Position numbers and translations under genes: made by a program. Under the pieces are notes generated by a model, which did no database searches, was not told where the DNA came from, and worked only from the letters and a program-made list of their open reading frames with translations. DNA of 64,000 nucleotides, from NCBI GenBank assembly GCA_938002605.1, contig CALLAF010000025.1:56638-120637 (forward strand). The letters run 5' to 3'. The first letter of the stretch is position 1; the number at the start of each line of letters is the position of its first letter. The DNA comes from an uncultured Rhodobacteraceae bacterium (GTDB lineage Bacteria > Pseudomonadota > Alphaproteobacteria > Rhodobacterales > Rhodobacteraceae). Below are positions 1-7,703 of this stretch, piece by piece.

Positions 1-275
1 TCAAGTTCGGTCCACGGCCAGGGCTTCACTTCACTGGCCGCAACTTGATAACGGGCGGCTTTGGCCATCCAGACACCCATCGTTGTGCCAATCTCGGCAA
101 GCTGATCATTGGGTTCGCGTTTTTTCATCGCCATAATAATGAATTGCGCCACGGTCAGTAGACCCAGCAGAGTGCTGGCCATGCTCATCATAAAGGCGAT
201 GATTACCATGTGGATCAGGCGCACCCATAGGCTTTCAAAGTCAGATTCGGCTTCGGTGTTTTTTTCTTCGGTCAT
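1..275 (-). CDS. small hydrophobic protein (about 90 aa), possibly a DUF4389-like membrane protein
   Basis: Hand-translated; it is missing from the supplied track because it touches the window edge. ATG at 275-273, in-frame TGA at 3-1. Sequence MTEEKNTEAESDFESLWVRLIHMVIIAFMMSMASTLLGLLTVAQFIIMAMKK...PWPWTEL has a hydrophobic core with charged ends. The family name is from memory only. Confidence 0.45.
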   Translation of the reverse strand, partial: MTEEKNTEAESDFESLWVRLIHMVIIAFMMSMASTLLGLLTVAQFIIMAMKKREPNDQLAEIGTTMGVWMAKAARYQVAASEVKPWPWTEL

Positions 276-284
276 ACCGATCTC

Positions 285-1253
285 CTATCTGTCGCCAGCG
301 GCGAAAACCATATCCACCATCTTTTGCGTTCCACGCGAAAATTCAAGAGGGCACAGATAATTACTGCCTGATTGTGCCGCTTTGCAAAAGTTTTCGACCT
401 GCAACACATATTGATTTACGCCAGCAAAGCGTTCAGTCGTCACAGTACCGGCATCCGTTTCCAGCCTCAGGGTCGCTTGATCAAAAACATTTGCGTTAAA
501 TGGGCAGGTCAACTGCAACACACCTGCGTCCCCGTGGAACGTGATATTTTGACGGTTAAACATGCGCATCGAAACCACAGCCGAATAGGTAAACCCCGGA
601 AAATCAGCAGCCACTTGGGCAAATACATCGACATCGTTTTCAAGCGTTAGCTTCGCATATGGCACGGCCTCAGGCTCTGCGCCGGTAACAAAGCGCGCGG
701 CACCAAATGTATAAACGCCAATATCGCGCAGCCCCCCGCCACCAGCTTTTGCCTGATTGCGGATGTTGTCTGCATCATCGTTGAAATATGAAAACACGGC
801 ATCAACATGTTTCAACGTGCCGATCGCGCCCTCCTGCACCAATGCGCGCGCACGCGCGAACTGCGGGTGATGCACGATCATAAATGCCTCCGCCACGAGC
901 TTTGCAGATTGATCGCGTGCGGTAATCAACGCGTCAAAATCGGCGTCTTGCAAAGCGATGGGCTTTTCGCACAACACATGTTTACCCGCCTCCGCCGCCT
1001 TGATCGCCCATTCCACATGCAGGTGATTGGGCAGTGGAACATAAACCGCGTCAATCGCTGGGTCGGCAAGCAATGCATCATAGTCACTATGCACACGAAG
1101 CCCCGGCGCAAAGGCTTGAAACGGTGCAGCCTTATCGGGGTCTGAGGTGGCCAGCGCCGCAAATTCGGCCCCACGCGCGGCATGAATGGCCGGTGCCATG
1201 TGGTTCAACGCAAAATTCGCTGCGCCCAGAACGCCCCACCGCAATGCTGTCAT
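285..1253 (-). CDS. Gfo/Idh/MocA family NAD(P)-dependent oxidoreductase
   Basis: 322 aa. N-terminal Rossmann motif WGVLGAANFA and the EKP motif (LCEKPIAL) are typical of the family. ATG is preceded by GGAGGAAAACA. Confidence 0.85.
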   Translation of the reverse strand: MTALRWGVLGAANFALNHMAPAIHAARGAEFAALATSDPDKAAPFQAFAPGLRVHSDYDALLADPAIDAVYVPLPNHLHVEWAIKAAEAGKHVLCEKPIALQDADFDALITARDQSAKLVAEAFMIVHHPQFARARALVQEGAIGTLKHVDAVFSYFNDDADNIRNQAKAGGGGLRDIGVYTFGAARFVTGAEPEAVPYAKLTLENDVDVFAQVAADFPGFTYSAVVSMRMFNRQNITFHGDAGVLQLTCPFNANVFDQATLRLETDAGTVTTERFAGVNQYVLQVENFCKAAQSGSNYLCPLEFSRGTQKMVDMVFAAGDR

Positions 1254-1320
1254 TGTTTTCCTCCCCTATTTTGGCCGAATGTTAGCGCTAAGACCGCACA
1301 AAGGGAAACATGATGCGCGA

Positions 1321-1354
1321 CAAAACAAAAACCCGCCAGAACAAATCTGACGGG
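1321..1354 (-). terminator. rho-independent terminator downstream of rpoH
   Basis: Reverse strand reads CCCGUCAG-auuuguu-CUGGCGGG followed by UUUUUGUUUUG. Confidence 0.6.
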
Positions 1355-1381
1355 TTCTATCATGGGTATTGAAACGTCCAT

Positions 1382-2281
1382 TTACGTAGCGGGCGTCAGC
1401 ATGCCTTTTTCCTTCGCCAATTCCTGCATCTTTTCTTGCAGCTTTTCAAAGGCGCGGACTTCAATCTGGCGAATGCGTTCGCGACTAACGTCATATTGAC
1501 CGCTAAGATCTTCAAGCGTGACGGTTTCATCAGACAAGCGACGCTGAACCAGAATGTCTTTTTCACGGTCGTTCAAGACTTCCATAGCTTCGGCCAAAAG
1601 CGCGCGGCGCACATCCATTTCATCGTGCGCTTCGTAGTCGCCGGCAGTATCTGCGCTCTCATCCTCGAGCCAGTCCTGCCATTGCATCGTGCCTTCGCCG
1701 TCAGAGCCGACCTGTGCATTCAGTGACGCATCCCCGCCAGACATCCGACGGTTCATCGAAATCACTTCGGATTCGGTCACGCCAAGGTCATTGGCGATGC
1801 GGGCCACGTTTTCAGGGCGCAAATCGCCCTCTTCCAACGCACCGATCCGGTTCTTAGCCTTGCGCAGGTTGAAGAACAGTTTCTTTTGCGCCGAGGTCGT
1901 GCCAAGTTTCACAAGCGACCACGACCGTAGGATATATTCTTGGATCGACGCACGGATCCACCACATGGCATATGTCGCCAGACGGAACCCTTTCTCAGGA
2001 TCAAAGCGTTTGACCGCTTGCATCAAACCCACGTTCGCTTCCGAGATCACCTCGGCTTGCGGAAGACCATACCCACGGTAGCCCATCGCGATTTTTGCGG
2101 CCAGCCGCAGGTGCGATGTTACCATCTTATGCGCTGCATCTCTGTCTTCATGATCGACCCAGCGCTTGGCCAGCATGTATTCTTCCTCGGGCTCCAGCAT
2201 CGGGAACTTGCGGATATCTTGCATATATCGGTTCAGACCACCCTCTGGGGTTGGTGCTGGTAAATTCTTATAGTTACTCAC
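1382..2281 (-). CDS. rpoH: RNA polymerase sigma-32 (heat-shock sigma factor RpoH)
   Basis: 299 aa with GTG start. Sigma-70 regions 2-4 are present, plus an RpoH-box-like segment QKKLFFNLRKAK. The N-terminus YKNLPAPTPEGGLNRYMQDIRKFPMLEPEEEYMLAKRW is typical of alphaproteobacterial RpoH. Confidence 0.95.
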   Translation of the reverse strand: MSNYKNLPAPTPEGGLNRYMQDIRKFPMLEPEEEYMLAKRWVDHEDRDAAHKMVTSHLRLAAKIAMGYRGYGLPQAEVISEANVGLMQAVKRFDPEKGFRLATYAMWWIRASIQEYILRSWSLVKLGTTSAQKKLFFNLRKAKNRIGALEEGDLRPENVARIANDLGVTESEVISMNRRMSGGDASLNAQVGSDGEGTMQWQDWLEDESADTAGDYEAHDEMDVRRALLAEAMEVLNDREKDILVQRRLSDETVTLEDLSGQYDVSRERIRQIEVRAFEKLQEKMQELAKEKGMLTPAT

Positions 2282-2440
2282 TGTCGTGCCCCCCTATGTT
2301 TAAAGGCTTAACATGGATATGGTGACGCTAACATTGCGTTTCAAGATTAAGTACTAACTTTTCGTAAACTCAATATGAACTGCACGGTTCAGCAGCGCGA
2401 GGGGAAATGTTGTGCGCTCACGCACATGGGATCGAATATT

Positions 2441-3469
2441 TCAGACCTCACCACCCAAATCGCGCAAGAGCCCAAGCATATCAGTAGGTAAATCTGCCTC
2501 AAATTCCATGAATTCTTCTGTGACGGGGTGGACGAAACCCAAGGTTGCTGCGTGCAACGCCTGTCGCGAAAACGCGGAAACCGCAGTGACACCCTGCTCG
2601 CCGACGGCCTTTGGTGACAATTTGCGCCGCCCGCCATAAACCGGGTCACCGATCAACGAATGCCCACAATGCGCCAGATGTACCCTGATCTGATGGGTAC
2701 GCCCTGTTTCCAGCCAGCATTCAATTAGCGCAGCACAAGGCGGCATGCCCAATGGCTGCACAATCCGCGAGCGCGTGACAGCGTGCCGCCCAGTGGTAAA
2801 CGACACCGCTTGACGTTGGCGGTCGGTCTTGTGACGCCCCAAGAACGTCTGGACCTTTAGGATATTGCCCGGCTCGAACGAGGTGCCTTTAATGCCGCGC
2901 AGACGTGGATCATTGGCGTCAGGCACACCATAACAAATGGCTAGATAACGGCGTTCAACCGTGTGGGCCGCAAATTGTTCAGCCAGATGGTGATGCGCAC
3001 GGTCCGATTTCGCCGCAACCAGCAGCCCGGTGGTTTCTTTATCAATGCGGTGCACAACGCCGGGGCGTTTCATCCCGCCGACACCGGACAGGCTGTCACC
3101 ACAATGATGGATGAGCGCATTGACCAATGTACCCCCCGGTGTGCCGGGCGCCGGATGCACAACCATGCCTGACGGCTTGTTCACGACAATCAGATCATCA
3201 TCTTCAAACACAACCTCAAGCGGGATGTCCTCGCCGACGATATGGCTTTCTTGGGCGATTTCGACTGTTACATCGACCTGCGCGCCCGCAGCCACACGGT
3301 GACGCGGGTCCGTCATGACAACGCCATCTACGGTGACCGCGCCCTCTGCGATCAGTTTTGCCAAACGCGACCGGCTAAGCGACGCATCTTCGGGCACGTC
3401 CCGGCCCAACGCCTTGTCCAAACGCGGCGGCGGGGCCGGTTGGATCACAAAGGAAATCACATCAGACAT
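2441..3469 (-). CDS. rluD: RluA-family 23S rRNA pseudouridine synthase (RluD-like)
   Basis: 342 aa. Catalytic motif HRIDKETTGLLV and C-terminal GRTHQIRVHL are family hallmarks. Confidence 0.85.
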   Translation of the reverse strand: MSDVISFVIQPAPPPRLDKALGRDVPEDASLSRSRLAKLIAEGAVTVDGVVMTDPRHRVAAGAQVDVTVEIAQESHIVGEDIPLEVVFEDDDLIVVNKPSGMVVHPAPGTPGGTLVNALIHHCGDSLSGVGGMKRPGVVHRIDKETTGLLVAAKSDRAHHHLAEQFAAHTVERRYLAICYGVPDANDPRLRGIKGTSFEPGNILKVQTFLGRHKTDRQRQAVSFTTGRHAVTRSRIVQPLGMPPCAALIECWLETGRTHQIRVHLAHCGHSLIGDPVYGGRRKLSPKAVGEQGVTAVSAFSRQALHAATLGFVHPVTEEFMEFEADLPTDMLGLLRDLGGEV

Positions 3470-3821
3470 AGAAAATCAGTTCTCACATACGAAAATGGAC
3501 GCCAAAGATGCTGGTGGCCTGGCTTTCGGGGTTTGCGGGATTACCCAACAAATAGCAAGTGTGCTGGGCGGCGTTAAATGTAGACCAGCAAGCATCCAAA
3601 GAAGCGACGTTCGTTTTCCGGTGCAATGGACAGGCAGCGGCCTGTTAAACAGTCGCCTAGCGCAGTGCAGGTAGTCATGGCTTGATCACAGTGGCATGCG
3701 ACTGGCGATCACGGCGCGGGACATCAAAAACACCGCCGATAGCCGCTCCGCGGGACAAAGCTCCATTTCACCGTGGATGCGTCAATGGCGGGTTTTCTCT
3801 GAACGAACTGATTTGTTTTTC

Positions 3822-4802
3822 TCATATCTGCATATCCATCGAAGAGGGAATATAGCGATAGTTCCCGCCAGCGTTTTCGACGTATCCAACCGCTGGGAAG
3901 TCCAGATGCATACCTGCGACCCTTAGGCGGTCGGCGGCGGCTTCTTCCAAAAGGTTGCGACGCGTTGTGATCGCTTGATTGGCATCGCTGTCAAACAAAA
4001 CGCCCCAATCGGGCTGCATGAATTGGTATGCTGCAAAATGGATTGCATCTCCCCAAATCAACAGTTGATCGGTTCCTTGATGCACCCGTAGCCCCATGTG
4101 CCCGGGCGTGTGACCAGGCAGTGGGAGGGCCTGAACCCCAGTTGCAATTTCGGTCTCGCGTTCCATCGAAATACCATTGAAACGGGATTTGTAAGGCGAC
4201 ACGGCAAGGCGGGCAAAGTCGAAGTTTGCTCGGAACTGTTCGGGGAGGGCCGCATATATGCCATCGTCAAATGTGAAATCCCACTCTGCCTGTGCGGCAA
4301 TTAAATCGGCGTGGGGCACTGTCGCGGCGGCCGTCGGCGAAATTAGTCCTCCGACGTGATCCCCGTGCATATGCGTCAGAAAAACCGTGTCGATGTCAGA
4401 AAAGCTGAGGCCTGCCATCCCAAGAGAGTCCGACCAACGTGCCACAGTAGGTCCCATGGCCGCGGGGGCGCCCGTATCGACTGCGATGGTCTTTCCGGCC
4501 GTGCGGATGATGTAGCCGTTGATGCTTACGTTTGAGGATTCTGCATCAAATCGACGATAAGCTGCATTTGCGGCGCGTAATGCGCTTGCTTGGTCAAAGC
4601 CAGTGATGAACGCGTTTGGCAATTGAGCAAAACCGTCCCAGAGTGCGATGACCTCGATGTCCCCTACAAAGAAGCGCTGAATTGCGCCATGGGGGCGAGC
4701 GGGTTCTTGTTCAGGGGTGTTTTGCGCATGCAGCGACGGCGCTGACAGCAACGCAGGTGCGGCAAGAGCGGACAGCAAAAGTTGGCGTCTGGGTAAAGTC
4801 AT
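3822..4802 (-). CDS. secreted MBL-fold metallo-hydrolase with a Tat-type signal
   Basis: HxHxDH motif (THMHGDHVGG) and a downstream GHTPGH. The ORF-track start at 4829 is TTG. The internal ATG at 4802 gives MTLPRRQLLLSALAAPALLSAPSLHA-Q, with a twin-arginine and an AxA-like cleavage site. Confidence 0.8.
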   Translation of the reverse strand: MTLPRRQLLLSALAAPALLSAPSLHAQNTPEQEPARPHGAIQRFFVGDIEVIALWDGFAQLPNAFITGFDQASALRAANAAYRRFDAESSNVSINGYIIRTAGKTIAVDTGAPAAMGPTVARWSDSLGMAGLSFSDIDTVFLTHMHGDHVGGLISPTAAATVPHADLIAAQAEWDFTFDDGIYAALPEQFRANFDFARLAVSPYKSRFNGISMERETEIATGVQALPLPGHTPGHMGLRVHQGTDQLLIWGDAIHFAAYQFMQPDWGVLFDSDANQAITTRRNLLEEAAADRLRVAGMHLDFPAVGYVENAGGNYRYIPSSMDMQI

Positions 4803-4903
4803 CGGGGGGGCACTTTCAGGTTTGAACAATTGCCTTAATAGATATTTTGATGGAAATTTGAATAATATCCCTTATTTCTGCATGTGACCCATAAAGGATT
4901 GTT

Positions 4904-5833
4904 ATGTATAATCTCGTGCAATTGCGGAGCTTTGTTGAAACCGTGAAAAACGGGTCGCTCAGTGCGGCTGCGCGTTGTTTAAAACTAACGCAACCGGCAG
5001 TCAGTCAACATATTCGCGCGCTAGAAGCACGGTCTGGCAAAACTCTTTTGATCCGCAAGAAAGATGGCATTCAGCCAACTGATGCGGGCAATGTGATGTT
5101 CCGCCATGCGCAGGTAATCTTGGTAGAAATCGCGCAAATGGACGAGCGGCTCAATGCGTTGAATGGCATTGCTTCGGGCGAGTTCAAATTTACAACCAAT
5201 GAAATATTGTCTCAAACTGCCGCTGTCGAGGTGATCACGCGTCTGTGCAAGACCGCGCCAGATCTCAAGATTAAGCTTATTTCTACCGACACCGTCTTTG
5301 ATGTGCAGGAAGAACAAATCAACCTCGCGCTTCGTATTGGTTTCCCTGGACATGGTGGAGGAATTGTACAACGCATTGGTGATATTGCGGGAGTTCTTGT
5401 TGCGTCGCCTGATTATCTCAAACAAAAGGGTTATCCTTCAGACCCGTCTGAGCTTGGCGCGTTAGACTACCTCCAGTATCGAGAAGCACCTGACCAAACG
5501 GAGCTTTCTTTGATTGGACCAGACGGGGCAGCTGTTGCAGCCGGAATTGCGCCATCATTTGCGGCGTATAGTCCTAGCCTGATGTTGCATGCGTTGAAGC
5601 AGGGGCTTGGTTTTGCAGTTGTACCGCATTTCGCCGTAAAAGACCTGATCGCCGAAGGGAAATTGGCTCAGTTACTCGAAGGTTTTACCGGACAACCCAA
5701 GGCTATCTATATTGTTCAACCGGAAACAAAACGCAATACACTGGCCAATCAGTTGGTACGCAAAACGCTTCTCGAAGTGTTGACGATAATGCCCGGCGTG
5801 CAGATTAGCAATCGGGCGATGCACACGCCTTAG
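4904..5833 (+). CDS. LysR-family transcriptional regulator
   Basis: 309 aa. N-terminal wHTH LRSFVETVKNGSLSAAARCLKLTQPAVSQHIRALE. Divergent from the MBL hydrolase. SD AAAGGA lies upstream of the ATG. Confidence 0.9.
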   Translation: MYNLVQLRSFVETVKNGSLSAAARCLKLTQPAVSQHIRALEARSGKTLLIRKKDGIQPTDAGNVMFRHAQVILVEIAQMDERLNALNGIASGEFKFTTNEILSQTAAVEVITRLCKTAPDLKIKLISTDTVFDVQEEQINLALRIGFPGHGGGIVQRIGDIAGVLVASPDYLKQKGYPSDPSELGALDYLQYREAPDQTELSLIGPDGAAVAAGIAPSFAAYSPSLMLHALKQGLGFAVVPHFAVKDLIAEGKLAQLLEGFTGQPKAIYIVQPETKRNTLANQLVRKTLLEVLTIMPGVQISNRAMHTP

Positions 5834-6081
5834 GCTCTGCGCTAATGCCGCCATTCTTACACCAAATCCGCGGTGCCAGAGTTTCTAATATCAACATCTA
5901 ACAAGTTTCCGAAAGCTGACATTCCTGCACGTTGCAGCGTTAGTCATTTTGGGCTCAAACCTGCCATTCGCTGCATTCCTCTCGAAAGTCCGGTTTTCCA
6001 CCTTGGGGAAGGAGATAGTGGTAAGGTAAGGTAAGGTCAAATTTGACCACCGTTTTTCACCAAATACGACGAATTTGAGAG

Positions 6082-6158
6082 TGGTACCGCCTCCCCGGCT
6101 TGAACGGGGGACCCCTGGTTCCACAAACCAGTGCTCTAACCAACTGAGCTAAGGCGGC
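6082..6158 (-). tRNA. tRNA-His (anticodon GTG), CCA encoded, no G-1
   Basis: The 77-nt cloverleaf folds by hand: acceptor GCCGCCU/AGGCGGU, D arm GCUC/GAGC, anticodon arm CUGGU-UUGUGGA-ACCAG, T arm CCCCG-UUCAAGC-CGGGG, then A73 and CCA. Confidence 0.93.
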
Positions 6159-6298
6159 ATTGCGCGTGATTTAGCGGCAGGCGCGCGCGAATGCAAGTAC
6201 CTCATCGAGAAAACCCGCAACAAAGCGTCCCGTCGCACGACACCCTTGCCAATAGCGCCCGCCCCCTTGTAGGAAACCTCAGCAATAAAGGAAACGTC

Positions 6299-6493
6299 AT
6301 GGGCATTAACAGCGAACGCGACATCGAAGCGAATATGCAAATCGGGCCAACTGACCACGGGATGGTACGCATTTTCATCGAAGCGGACGGCACGGAAATT
6401 CCGATGGATTTTGAACCCGAAGAAGCCGAAGAAATTGCCGAAGAAATTCGCGCTGCCGTCATTGCGGCCCGCGCTATCAAAACGCGCGGTTAA
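6299..6493 (+). CDS. small conserved hypothetical protein (64 aa)
   Basis: The internal ATG at 6299 is preceded by AAAGGAAAC. Sequence is MGINSERDIEANMQIGPTDHGMVRIFIEADGTEIPMDFEPEEAEEIAEEIRAAVIAARAIKTRG. The longer 6191 start would run into the tRNA flank. Codon usage looks native. Confidence 0.5.
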   Translation: MGINSERDIEANMQIGPTDHGMVRIFIEADGTEIPMDFEPEEAEEIAEEIRAAVIAARAIKTRG

Positions 6494-6935
6494 ATCCCGG
6501 ATCTTGCGCCGCCTGTGCCCGCAGGGCAGCGTGGCGCGCAAATTTCTGCACCATGATCTTGCGGCGCGCCGGCGCCAGTTTTACCTCTGGCCCCATACGG
6601 ATAATTTCAGCGCCGTATCTATCGGCGATGATTACCCCGGTACCCTCTGGCAATAGGTCCGTTTGGAAATCTGTATCAACCGCCCAAAAATACCGGTCAC
6701 AATAGGCAAGATACCCCTGCCATTTTTTGTCACTCATGAAATCTGCACGGTTGGATTTGCATTCAACAATCCATATCTCGCCCTTTGGCCCCAGCGCCAT
6801 AACATCAACGCGCAAACCTGACGCGGGCACCAGCTCCAGCACGCTCACAAAATCATAACTTCGCAAATGCCGTGCCACACCGCGCGCCAGCAGTTGCCCC
6901 GGCATATAACTGCAAGACTTATCTTTTGTGCTCAT
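6477..6935 (-). CDS. mmcB: MmcB-family DNA repair nuclease (PD-(D/E)xK fold)
   Basis: 152 aa. The D...ExK-type motif (RVDVMAL...EIWIVECK) and overall layout recall Caulobacter MmcB. An alphaproteobacterial SOS box lies 12 nt upstream. Confidence 0.7.
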   Translation of the reverse strand: MSTKDKSCSYMPGQLLARGVARHLRSYDFVSVLELVPASGLRVDVMALGPKGEIWIVECKSNRADFMSDKKWQGYLAYCDRYFWAVDTDFQTDLLPEGTGVIIADRYGAEIIRMGPEVKLAPARRKIMVQKFARHAALRAQAAQDPGFNRAF

Positions 6936-6946
6936 AGGACAAACAT

Positions 6947-6961
6947 GAACAATAAGTGAAC
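6947..6961 (-). promoter_or_regulatory. LexA (SOS) box, alphaproteobacterial type GAAC-N7-GAAC
   Basis: Exact GAACaataagtGAAC on the + strand, which is GTTC-N7-GTTC on the gene strand. It sits 12 nt upstream of the mmcB ATG. Confidence 0.6.
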
Positions 6962-7245
6962 AAAGATCAATCCGCAGGCTTCATCACAACGAATCGGACG
7001 ATATCAAGGTCAACAATGCCCACAAAAACGCGGCATTTATTGCGATTTCCGCATCAAACCAAATTTTATCGTTACAACACAACAACTAAGTAAAATTTCG
7101 CCACCTAAATAGTCGAAAGCACCGGCTACTTCATGACTGAAATAAGGCAAATGACCTAGGGTAATCTTAAAATTCACCCCTCATACGTCACGATTTCGAC
7201 CAGTTTTTGGGCAAATATATAACCACAGATTAATAGGAGCCTTTC

Positions 7246-7392
7246 ATGTCATTGTTCAGCGGAATCACTGTTTACGAAGTATCGATGGCGTTGATCATGG
7301 TTGGCTTGGCAGAACGCGTGCTTTTGGCTTATGCGCCAATTGAAATGGTTGGCCCGAACGGTTGGCTGATTAAAGGCGACGTCAAGGAATAA
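7246..7392 (+). CDS. hypothetical small hydrophobic protein (48 aa)
   Basis: Below the track's length cutoff. ATG follows AATAGGAGCC at canonical spacing. Sequence is MSLFSGITVYEVSMALIMVGLAERVLLAYAPIEMVGPNGWLIKGDVKE. Confidence 0.3.
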   Translation: MSLFSGITVYEVSMALIMVGLAERVLLAYAPIEMVGPNGWLIKGDVKE

Positions 7393-7703
7393 TCTCCCTC
7401 CCCTACTTGCCCTACCCCATAATCCCCCCTACCTGTGTTGACGGCGGGTTTCTGCGCTCCTCGTTATACCGGGTACAAATCCAGCGGCCTTAAGCAAATC
7501 CTCGGGGGCTGGCTCTGTTCTGACCCTGGTCAGTTTACCTGGCGCCCACCTGTACATACAGGTCCTCAGGATTAGCTACCCCAACGGCTGCCGCGGTTCC
7601 CGCCACCTTCTCTCGCTTACGATACATGGACTTCCCAACGCCCGATATTGCGCATAGGTTCCGGGTTGTGGCCAACGCCAATATCATCAGAGAAGTCGCA
7701 CCT

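Noticed and set aside
5834-6081. Genomic island or prophage remnant integrated at tRNA-His.
   Set aside because: There is no integrase and no direct repeat of the tRNA 3' end anywhere in the window. Only a mild GC dip was seen, so there is not enough evidence to call a mobile element.
6149-6541. 130-aa - strand ORF overlapping tRNA-His and the small + strand ORF. Also the 77-aa ORF at 5891-6124.
   Set aside because: They run through the tRNA gene. The + strand 64-aa frame has an SD and protein-like composition instead.
7437-7625. Possible structured RNA gene (SRP/4.5S-like CAGTTTACCTGG...AGGTCC, tRNA-like GGTACAAATCC, or two-piece tmRNA).
   Set aside because: It lacks the SRP GGAA tetraloop and symmetric loop, has no acceptor or T-arm pairing, and has no tag-peptide reading frame. 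The resemblance is only a few nucleotides.
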